From Trichodesmium erythraeum IMS101 (GTDB lineage Bacteria; Cyanobacteriota; Cyanobacteriia; Cyanobacteriales; Microcoleaceae): DNA of 32,000 bases. Shown here one piece after another: positions 1 to 7,320 of this stretch. The first letter of the stretch is position 1. Each line of letters opens with the position of its first letter. The notes under the pieces were generated by a model. That model was not told where the DNA came from, made no database searches, and saw only the letters and a program-made list of their open reading frames with translations. A program made the position numbers and the translations under genes. The stretch is from assembly GCF_000014265.1 (NCBI RefSeq), contig NC_008312.1, positions 3,510,001 through 3,542,000 of the forward strand. Reading direction: 5' to 3'.

Positions 1-1928
1 AAAAAGAAGTAGTTGATATTTCAGGAGCCCAACTCAATGGCAAAGTTAATGGTGCAAAAGTTGTCGCCGACTCAAAATTTGGTCATTGTCTAAGTTTTGA
101 TGGGGCGGATGACTATCTTGAACTACCAACAGCAACTATTCCTCAAACAGGGGCAATCACAATTAGTTTTTGGGCTAATGGTGATAACTCTTTACCCAAG
201 GATAATTCCATAATAGCTGCATACGACCAAAGTAATAACAGGGTGATTAATATTCATTTACCTTGGAATAATAGTTACATTTACTTTGATTGTGGAAATA
301 CGGGAAACAGTTATGACAGAATAGAAAAATTAGCTAAAGCTGCTGATTTTAAAGGGAAATGGACTCACTGGGTATTTACGAAGAATGTTACCACTGGAGA
401 GATGAAGATATATCTCAATGGTGCTTTATGGAGTAGTGGTAAGGATAAGAGTAAGCAAATAAGTGGCATGACCCTGGTGAAGCTTGGTTCTGGTTATGGA
501 TTTTATCATGGTCAAGTTGCTCATCTGCGAATTTATGACCGAGTGTTGTCTACAGAAGAAATTAACGAATGTATGAAGGTGGATGGTACCGATGCCACAT
601 CAACTACTGATGAGACTGATACCATATCAACTAATGATGTTACTGATGTCACCCCAACTACTGATGGTACTGATACCACATCAACTACTGATGGGACTGA
701 TACCACACCAACTACTGGTGGGACTGACACCACACCAACTACTAGTGAGACTGATACCACACCAACTACTGATGGGACTGATACCACATTAACTACTGAT
801 AGGACTGGTACCACATCAACTACTGATATTACTGATGCCACATCAACTACTGATGGGACTGGTACCACATCAACTACTGATGGAACTGATACCACACCAA
901 CTACTGATGGAACTGATACCACATTAACTACTGGTGGTAATGATACCACATCAACTAATGATGTTACTGATGCCACATCAACTACTGATGGGACTGGTAC
1001 CACATCAACTACTGGTGGTAATGATACCGCATCAACTAATGATGTTACTGTTACCACACCAACTACTGATGGGACTGATACCACATTAACTACTGATGGG
1101 ACTGTTACCACACCAACTACTGATGGGACTGGTACCACATCAACTACTGATGGGACTGTTACCACATCAACTACTGGTGGGACTGATACCACACCAACTA
1201 CTGATGGGACTGATACCACACTAACTACTGATGGGACTGATACCACATTAACTACTGATAGGACTGGTACCACATCAACTACTGATATTACTGATGCCAC
1301 ATCAACTACTGATGGGACTGGTAACACATCAACTACTGATGGGACTGGTACCACATCAACTACTGATGGAACTGATACCACATTAACTACTGGTGGTAAT
1401 GATACCACATCAACTACTGGTGGTAATGATACCACATCAACTACTGGTGGTAATGATACCGCATCAACTACTGGTGGTAATGATACCACACCAACTACTG
1501 ATGGTACTGATACCACATCAACTACTGGTGGGACTGATACCATATCAACTACTGATGGTACTGATACCACATTAACTACTGGTGGTAATGATACCACATC
1601 AACTAGTGATGTTACTGATGCCACATCAACTACTGATAGTACTGATACAACCCAAAAACCTATGGAATATCAGATTTATCAGGTAAAAGGTAATCCCACA
1701 ATTAAAACCGGATATCAAGGATCAGAATGGACTGCAGTTATTGCTGGATTTAATTGCGGAGCAAAGAAGAAACACAAAGCAACAGCATTCACTATCATGC
1801 CTGTTCTAGATGATGGAGAATGGAAAATTAAGTGCGATATTAAGGATGTAGATGATCGCTATTGGGATGTAGCAGTTCTATTTATCAGGAACAACATGGT
1901 AAATATGTTAAACCATTTTCACCGTTAA
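1..1928 (+). CDS. Surface/secreted-type protein, 5' end outside the window: LamG/concanavalin-A-like lectin domain, about 40 Thr-rich nonapeptide repeats, and an unassigned C-terminal domain of about 90 aa
   Basis: The frame of the listed ORF (GTG at 243) stays open back to nt 3 with no stop, so the gene starts upstream of the window. Translation of nt 3-575 reads ...GAKVVADSKFGHCLSFDGADDYLELPTATIPQTGAITISFWANGD...KWTHWVFTKN...MKIYLNGALW...GQVAHLRIYDRVLSTEEI. This is the classic Laminin_G_3 pattern (FDGxDDYlelP, hWvft, iYlNG, lRIYdRvLs). It is followed by the TTDGTDTTx repeats and a non-repetitive tail ending at the TAA at 1926-1928. Confidence 0.8.
   Translation, partial: KEVVDISGAQLNGKVNGAKVVADSKFGHCLSFDGADDYLELPTATIPQTGAITISFWANGDNSLPKDNSIIAAYDQSNNRVINIHLPWNNSYIYFDCGNTGNSYDRIEKLAKAADFKGKWTHWVFTKNVTTGEMKIYLNGALWSSGKDKSKQISGMTLVKLGSGYGFYHGQVAHLRIYDRVLSTEEINECMKVDGTDATSTTDETDTISTNDVTDVTPTTDGTDTTSTTDGTDTTPTTGGTDTTPTTSETDTTPTTDGTDTTLTTDRTGTTSTTDITDATSTTDGTGTTSTTDGTDTTPTTDGTDTTLTTGGNDTTSTNDVTDATSTTDGTGTTSTTGGNDTASTNDVTVTTPTTDGTDTTLTTDGTVTTPTTDGTGTTSTTDGTVTTSTTGGTDTTPTTDGTDTTLTTDGTDTTLTTDRTGTTSTTDITDATSTTDGTGNTSTTDGTGTTSTTDGTDTTLTTGGNDTTSTTGGNDTTSTTGGNDTASTTGGNDTTPTTDGTDTTSTTGGTDTISTTDGTDTTLTTGGNDTTSTSDVTDATSTTDSTDTTQKPMEYQIYQVKGNPTIKTGYQGSEWTAVIAGFNCGAKKKHKATAFTIMPVLDDGEWKIKCDIKDVDDRYWDVAVLFIRNNMVNMLNHFHR
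582..1652 (+). repeat. In-frame 27-bp (9-codon) tandem repeat, about 39.5 units, consensus D/G-G-T/N-D/G-T-T-S/P/L-T-T
   Basis: Units were counted directly from codon 582 (GAT) in steps of 27 nt up to the partial unit at 1635. A block of about four units is repeated at an offset of 17 units (459 bp): 771-878 versus 1230-1337, reading DGTDTTLTT-DRTGTTSTT-DITDATSTT-DGTG(T/N)TSTT. Four tandem GGNDTTSTT-type units lie at about 1392-1499. Confidence 0.95.
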
Positions 1929-1966
1929 ATAGCTGTAACTTAAAACCGTATTTGATAGATTTTTTA

Positions 1967-1997
1967 AGGGTAGTTTTTTATAGCTACCCTGTTTTTT
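1967..1997 (+). terminator. Rho-independent terminator of the LamG-repeat gene
   Basis: Located 39 nt after the stop codon. The stem AGGGTAG (1967-1973) pairs with CTACCCT (1984-1990) and is extendable by T:G and T:A pairs. A T6 run follows at 1992-1997. Confidence 0.75.
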
Positions 1998-2544
1998 GTA
2001 GTCTAGGCTCTTAATAGAAAAGAATAAAGCAAACTTTTATAAAAGACATCTCCAAAATCAAAACTAAGCTATAATTTTAGTTAAGGTTTTGATAAAAAAA
2101 TATACTAGTGAATAAAATATAAATAAGGACCTAGAGGATACTAAAATAGTTATTAATTTTCTTTTAATAAATAATTGAAAAAATTAATAGAAAATGCTTA
2201 AATTATAGTCGACAATAAAGAAGCAAAAGCAGCTCGAAAAAATTGCCTAGTGTTTAGTATTTCAAGATGAAAAAGTTAGCATTTTAGGCATTCCCATGGC
2301 ATAATAATCAGGAGAAAAATACATCCGACTCCCAAGAGTGGGAGGGATTAGAGGTGGGTAAATTCACTGTTCCTCTGTAAGGAAATTCCATGCAAAGTTT
2401 CTACCTATCTCCCTAATCCTTAAAATAGTTTTTCAGCAAACCCTACTAAGTTTTCATCGGGCTTTTAATTAATAGGAAACTCATATCACAAGAGTTATTT
2501 AGAACACAAACTAATGATAAATATTATACTGATAAATGTTTTTC

Positions 2545-3108
2545 CTACTGTTGTATACTACCTCTAATCATATCTCTCTTCAATACAAAAAAGAAAGGTT
2601 GTGGTACACCTTTAAAATCCATTAAACCTAAAACTGTATTATCGTCTATTTTTCTAAAGATATCGTTAATGGGTAAATTATCATAAATCATGGTGGCACT
2701 AACCTTTTGACGATACTCCATCATACGAATCCTGGCCTGACTTTTCTCTGTTTTTAACATCAAGTTCATCAGGGTCAAAATAGGTTTCATGGCCTTATTT
2801 TTGAGACCTGACAAACTAAGTCCCAAATTCATGGCAATTGGACTTGGCTCAACCTTAAATATATTATTATTCCCATCTGAAAATAATAAAGGATGAACAA
2901 ACTCAGCATCAACAAATTCTTTTCCATACCAACCACTAGCTTCTAACAAGCCATCTATTGGGTGATTTGTAGGAAATTCAGCTCCTTGCCACCTACCTAT
3001 CATAAACTCCAAGTCTACCTATTCTAACTCATCAAAAAATGTTAAGGCTTGCTCTGTACTATACCCTCCATTTTCTAGAGCTGTATCTAATCTTTCTAAA
3101 GTGTTCAT
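2545..3108 (-). pseudogene. GXWXG/DUF4334-family protein gene interrupted by an in-frame TAG (or N-terminally shortened, restarting at the ATG at 3003)
   Basis: The minus-strand ATG at 3108 opens MNTLERLDTALENGGYSTEQALTFFDELE. A TAG follows at 3019-3021, and the same frame continues VDLEFMIGRWQGAEFPTNHPIDGLLEASGWYGKEF... to the stop at 2545. GRWQG is the eponymous GXWXG motif, and WYGKxF plus the C-terminal half fit the GXWXG+DUF4334 architecture. The family is recalled from memory. Confidence 0.6.
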
Positions 3109-3237
3109 GTTAGCTTTTTGATTACTTACGATTAACATAGTATATTTGTATTCAGACTGATAGATTAATTTTCTTTAGAGTTAAAGATTATCTTTATTAG
3201 TCAGCAGAAAATTATTTATTTGTTTGGGAAAAATTAT

Positions 3238-4542
3238 ATGCACCAAATATTAAAAATAAAACAAATCCTCACTGGCACTTTAACAACAATGGCCAGCATT
3301 ACCATCATTTCAATTGGAAATATACAGAGTGCCTCAGCAGCAGAATCTCATACTAAATCTGTTCAAGAACTTTATGAGATGCGCGATCGCATCGTAAATC
3401 AATTAGAATCTCTACCTACTCCTAGAAAAACATTATTTTTTTCTGAGCAATATCAAACAACATTAGAAAAACAACAAAACTTAGTTCAAAAATTACAAGA
3501 AATTGATGTTCAAATATTAATTGAACAGCGAGCTAATGATAATTGGAAACAAGCATTAAATCTAGGTGCTCAAGCTGCAAAAGTATCAGTATCTCAAAAT
3601 CCCAGCCTCAAAACTAGAAAAACACAAAAACATCTCTGGCAACAAGCTATTTATAACTTAGAGGAAATTCCTACCGACTCACTTATCGGAGAAAAAACTA
3701 ATAAAAAACTCAAAGAATATAAGCGCAGTCTCAATGATTATTCTGATCAATTAAACCTAACTAAATCCAAATTTTTAGAGAGAATTCGTAAAGACAGTGG
3801 CCTATCAAGCAAAGCGATGATTACTGTTTGTAATCTCCAACGAGAATGCTTAGATTTAAATGGTAATAAACCACCAGCAAGTGCTGCAAGTTTAATAAAA
3901 GTTCCTATTGCTGTAGCATTGATGCAAAAAGTATCCAAAGAAAATATTAGTTTAGATACTCCTGTTTATGTGAGTCGAGGTAATTTTACTGAGGATGGTT
4001 CAAAAATTCGAGCTAGAAAACGTTATCCCTTGAAAACTTTGGTCGGAGAAATGATTGACCATAGTAGTAATATTGCCACAAATCAACTAATTGATTATTT
4101 AGGGCAACCTTATATTAATAAAGTTCTCAAAGATGATGGCTACAAAATTATTCGGGTCAACTACAAACTAATGGGCAACCGTATTAGGCCTAAAAATCCC
4201 GGTAGAGGTCGTAATCGTTTAACCAGCAATGAGCTAACAGATATGATGGTCTCAATATATAATAACGAGTACCCAAATTCTGATGTATTGATAGAAGCAT
4301 TAGCTAATCAGAAAGATAGGTTATTGGGATATGCTGGCCTAGAAAAATTGCCAGAAGCCAAATGGTTAGGTGAAAAGACTGGAGAAAATTCTCGTGCTCT
4401 GGGTACTACTTTAGGATTTAGTATTAATGGCCAAGTTTACGTAATGACTGTAATTGATAATCGTGGTGGACGGGATCCTCAGATTCGTGCTTCTGTTAAT
4501 AAGTTGGCCAAATATCTAATTGATAATGATGGTCTGCTATAG
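3238..4542 (+). CDS. Secreted serine hydrolase with class-A beta-lactamase/PBP-like fold and an N-terminal extension of about 200 aa
   Basis: The ATG at 3238 is preferred over the listed TTG at 3220. The hydrophobic N-terminus ...LTTMASITIISIGNIQSASA/AE looks like a signal peptide. The C-terminal ~230 aa carries, in order, SxxK (ASLIKVPIAVALM), SxN (HSSNIATNQL) and KTG (GEKTGEN). Confidence 0.75.
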   Translation: MHQILKIKQILTGTLTTMASITIISIGNIQSASAAESHTKSVQELYEMRDRIVNQLESLPTPRKTLFFSEQYQTTLEKQQNLVQKLQEIDVQILIEQRANDNWKQALNLGAQAAKVSVSQNPSLKTRKTQKHLWQQAIYNLEEIPTDSLIGEKTNKKLKEYKRSLNDYSDQLNLTKSKFLERIRKDSGLSSKAMITVCNLQRECLDLNGNKPPASAASLIKVPIAVALMQKVSKENISLDTPVYVSRGNFTEDGSKIRARKRYPLKTLVGEMIDHSSNIATNQLIDYLGQPYINKVLKDDGYKIIRVNYKLMGNRIRPKNPGRGRNRLTSNELTDMMVSIYNNEYPNSDVLIEALANQKDRLLGYAGLEKLPEAKWLGEKTGENSRALGTTLGFSINGQVYVMTVIDNRGGRDPQIRASVNKLAKYLIDNDGLL

Positions 4543-4545
4543 ATA

Positions 4546-5375
4546 GATGGCGAGATCGATATTTAACCACAGGCTCAATAGTCCCTAAGGCCAATGTACC
4601 TCCTCCTCAAATATCTAAAATTAAAGATTGGGAAGAATTTGAAAAATTTCTTGAGGCTAATCATGAGCAAACTCAAAAACAAATGGCTGGAAAATGGGGA
4701 AATTATAGTCGTTTTACTATTAGTAGAGGTTTTAAAAAAATTGGTTTTACTCCTAAAAAAAACATCTGGTTATCAAGAAAGAGATGAATTAGAAATAGAA
4801 GAGTTCATGTTGAAACTAAATCAAATAGACAACAAAAGTATTGTCTATGTAGATGAAGCCGGAATAGATAATCGGGAAGATTATTCCTATGATTATGGAG
4901 TTAAAGGAAAAAGATTACCAGGTATGAAGTTAGGAAAAAGGACTGAGAGAGTAAGTTGGATTGCAGCTATAAATCAAGAAAAAATGTTTGCTTCTTTAAC
5001 ATTTATAAGAAGTTGTAATCGTGATTTATTTGAGAACTGGTTGGAACATTGTTTACTACCAAAATTACACCCAGGGCAAGTGATCATAGTGGATAACGCA
5101 ACGTTTCATAAGTCAGTTGATATTGAAGAATTAGTAGCTAAAGTCAAGTGTGAAATCTGGTATCTACCACCTTACTCACCAGATTTTAACAAGATAGAAC
5201 GTTGGTGGTTTGTACTAAAAAATTGGATCAGACCAAGACTCAAAGAATTTAAGAATTTTAGAGACTGTGTAGATGCAGCTTTCATAATCCAATCCTCAAG
5301 TTTTTTCCTAGGGAGCAAAGATATGCTATAGAAATAATTAGTGTAGTTGCTCTTTGAGACGCTTGCTATCACACA
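4546..5375 (+). mobile_element. IS630/Tc1-mariner-family insertion sequence remnant, 5'-truncated; the right boundary is approximate
   Basis: The remnant begins 3-5 nt after the hydrolase stop codon. Only the distal part of the HTH region is present (WRDRYLTTGSIVPKANVPPPQISKIKDWEEFEKFLEANHEQTQKQMAGKWG...ISRGFKKIGFTPKK), followed by the DDE_3 catalytic region. The first ~45 aa typical of IS630 transposases are missing, and so is any left inverted repeat. Confidence 0.75.
4548..5331 (+). pseudogene. IS630-family DDE transposase, N-terminally truncated and frameshifted in an A8 run
   Basis: The HTH part is in frame 3 (4548 to the TGA near 4785) and the catalytic part is in frame 1 (...KKTSGYQERDELEIEEF...VYVDEAGID...IIVDNATFHKS...YLPPYSPDFNKIERWWFVLKNWI). 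The frames join if one A is removed from the A8 run at 4755-4762, giving KIGFTPKKTSGYQERDE. Confidence 0.8.
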
Positions 5376-5408
5376 AGAATGTGATTTTTGACTTGTCTGT
5401 TAAATCAA

Positions 5409-5500
5409 CAGGATTTACGCATAACCACTATATATCCTAGGGTTAACTGCCGTTGACCCCTACAGATGATGTATCTTTGCATTTGCGTGGGTAAGTCCTG
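5409..5500. mobile_element. 92-bp MITE-like element, copy A (TIR CAGGATTTACGCA ... TGCGTGGGTAAGTCCTG)
   Basis: It has terminal inverted repeats plus an internal hairpin (TAGGGTTAAC..GTTGACCCCTA). A second 92-bp copy lies at 13030-13121 and can be aligned over its full length. Confidence 0.7.
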
Positions 5501-6535
5501 ATCAAGTTCCAAGGTGCGAGGGCGAGAGAGTCATGTCAGTGATAGCAGAATGGATGCGAAAGCAACATTCATGCAACAAAGCCGTTATGAACTATAAATT
5601 TTAAATCCATTACACGCATCCTTAAAACTTTAGTGTTTGGCGATCGCCTAATTTATGAAAGAAAAATGCAGGTCATACAGTACACAGTACTACATCAAGA
5701 CAATCTTTGTAATATGTAAATATGCCAGCGCTCATTGCTATATTACTCTACATTATATCTAACAGTGAGTAAGTCAGCTTTATAGCTTTTTACTCAATCC
5801 TACTCCTCCTAAAACCTACAACCTTATGTGTATAATTACCTTGAATGGCTTCCTAGCTTTTTGACCTATATTACTAGGATGTTCTAAGAGGGTTTTCTTG
5901 TTCCCTTATTCCTTTATTGCGACTGATTTAGCAGAGTAAAATCTCCCGGAGGGTTCTGTATGATAATAATTACCAGCCCATATAATTATCCATTGACCCC
6001 CTGACCTTTTGGTCCTAAATTCCTTAGCTGTTTTTGGAATGGTCAACGCTAATGAGAGTTTAATTACCTTCCTATTCTTCTGCGTATCAGCCTTTGCTAG
6101 CAAACTCACTCATTTGACAGTTAGAGCTTTGTCCGCATTTAAACAAGCTTTACGGATTGATGTTCAGTCTCTACCGTATGGTCTACGCTGTTAACCCAAC
6201 AACAAGGTAGTAGAAATTTTACCTACAAGGATATAAGAGTTTGCCATGACCGATGTTTTACCATCATGTATTGGCATGGAAGAATTATTATACATGCTTT
6301 ACAGCGGTTTTGTGCAAGCCAACAAGTCCCACGACGCTGGAGAGTTTCAGGTGATTTTGTTGGGTCTCGAACTCCAAGCTGATTGGGGGGAAGTGGGCTA
6401 TCTTGACGAACTGCTTGTTGCCAAGTTTTGGGTTCTACATTTGCAAAAGTTTTAATTTCAGCTAATTTTTCTAGTGCTTTTGCCATATTTTCGCCACGAT
6501 TTTTTTGATTTGACTCTGGTTTCTTTAAAGTATTA

Positions 6536-6736
6536 ATGATTGATTTTCTAGACTTTTTGCTGAGTCAAAAACCTGGTCGTAATTCGGAAAATTCATCTGA
6601 CAAGGAAGAAGAAAAAAAAGTTTCTTTTTATGAAGCAACTAAAGAAATAGCAGGCGCTCTTAATTTTTGTCCCGGAGACTTAGCAACCAATAAGAAATAT
6701 TTGGAAAATCTTGGTAAAGAATGGATAAAAAAGTAA
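6536..6736 (+). CDS. Small antitoxin-like ORF (DUF2281-like ...IDFLDFLLSQK... motif), probably N-terminally eroded
   Basis: The FLDFLLSQK motif and the tail ...PGDLATNKKYLENLGKE resemble small cyanobacterial antitoxins, recalled from memory. The 3' end overlaps the ATG of a PIN-like reading frame by 16 nt, which is typical TA-operon geometry. Confidence 0.3.
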   Translation: MIDFLDFLLSQKPGRNSENSSDKEEEKKVSFYEATKEIAGALNFCPGDLATNKKYLENLGKEWIKK

Positions 6737-6857
6737 TTATAGACACAGGTGTTTTAGTAGCTTATTTGAACAAACGTGTTCAATGATCGGTTTGGCAAAA
6801 ATAGATAAACTTAGTTTACTCAAGGAACTAGGCTGCGCGATCGCTATTGATAAATAA
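6721..6857 (+). pseudogene. PIN-domain (VapC-like) toxin remnant with an internal deletion and frameshift
   Basis: 6721-6786 encodes MDKKVIIDTGVLVAYLNKRVQ-stop, a PIN N-terminus with the acidic D in xxDTxVL. 6783-6857, in another frame, encodes MIGLAKIDKLSLLKELGCAIAIDK-stop, which resembles the (V)IGLAKIgrLdLLk segment of PIN/DUF3368 proteins. The two pieces total about 137 nt, against about 400 nt for an intact PIN gene. Confidence 0.3.
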
Positions 6858-7320
6858 TAGAAATAAACTCGTTTTTATTGATTTTAATATATAGCTTTAT
6901 GATTTTTTAAGGGGGCAATATAAAGAAAAAAAAGTGCTATAAAAAGAGTAGTTACTAACAGTATTACTGATGTAGGAGGCTCTAAGCACACAGTTATTTG
7001 AGTAAGTTTTTTTCTTCATTCTAAATTATAAATGATGAGGTGATAGGGCTGATACTATACTCAACGATACAGCTAACGCCACGCTCGGCAAAAGCTTTTT
7101 TTCATAGATGTAATACCACTCTTTTTTTTATGTATAAGCCATCTATTGGCATGAGAGTTTCTTGTTAAATTGGCCAAAACTTATGTTAAATCCATATTCC
7201 TGTTTTTAGATCAATATCCTACTTTTAGTGTTTTGGAGGAAATTTTACTTTTGTTGCGTCAATTGTGGTAGTCTTTTGGGACAGCAAATTCTCGGATGTT
7301 AGAAAAAAACAGAAATAAGA

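Noticed and set aside
533-1624. A 363-aa antisense ORF, plus the sense-strand alternative-frame ORFs 583-792 and 1393-1575, inside the 27-bp repeat array
   Set aside because: These are low-complexity products (VVDVVSVPS..., HQLLM...) created automatically by an in-phase repeat that lacks stops in other frames. The Thr-rich frame is contiguous with the LamG domain and the C-terminal domain, so it is the real one.
582-1652. The repeat array as a CRISPR array or as a diversity-generating-retroelement variable region
   Set aside because: The units are contiguous, with no unique spacers, and they are in frame inside a CDS. There is no reverse transcriptase or template repeat in the window, and the differences between units are not restricted to adenine positions.
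3238-4542. Calling the SxxK/SxN/KTG protein an antibiotic-resistance beta-lactamase
   Set aside because: Only the generic serine-hydrolase motifs are visible. I did not see a class-A omega-loop ExxLN signature, and the large N-terminal extension is atypical. It was kept as a beta-lactamase-fold hydrolase.
4755-4762. The A8 run as a programmed ribosomal frameshift site of the IS630 transposase
   Set aside because: The shift needed is +1 in coordinates (consistent with a single inserted A) rather than the usual -1. The copy has also lost its N-terminus and left end, so mutational decay is the simpler reading. It is left open in the findings.
5514-5518. GTGCG (group II intron 5' consensus GUGYG) just after the MITE, raising the idea of an ORF-less group II intron in 5.5-6.2 kb
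   Set aside because: I could not find a domain V-like 34-nt hairpin with the AGC triad and a GNRA loop, nor a domain VI with a bulged A, on either strand downstream. A 5-mer alone is meaningless.
5568-5583. A 16-nt exact repeat, TTCATGCAACAAAGCC, also at 18306-18321
   Set aside because: The flanks do not align. A single 16-mer coincidence in 32 kb of compositionally biased DNA, counting both strands, is not clearly beyond chance.
5906-6194. Overlapping ORFs 5906-6109 (-) and 6009-6194 (+)
   Set aside because: No recognisable motifs and no plausible start context. They overlap each other on opposite strands within the IS/MITE/TA debris zone and are probably non-coding or unrecognisable remnants.
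7265-7271. GTGGTAG resembling the ops/JUMPstart element (GGCGGTAG) upstream of rfbF
   Set aside because: It is an imperfect 7/8 match. RfaH-ops regulation is established for proteobacteria, not cyanobacteria, and the match could easily arise by chance in a leader of about 460 nt.
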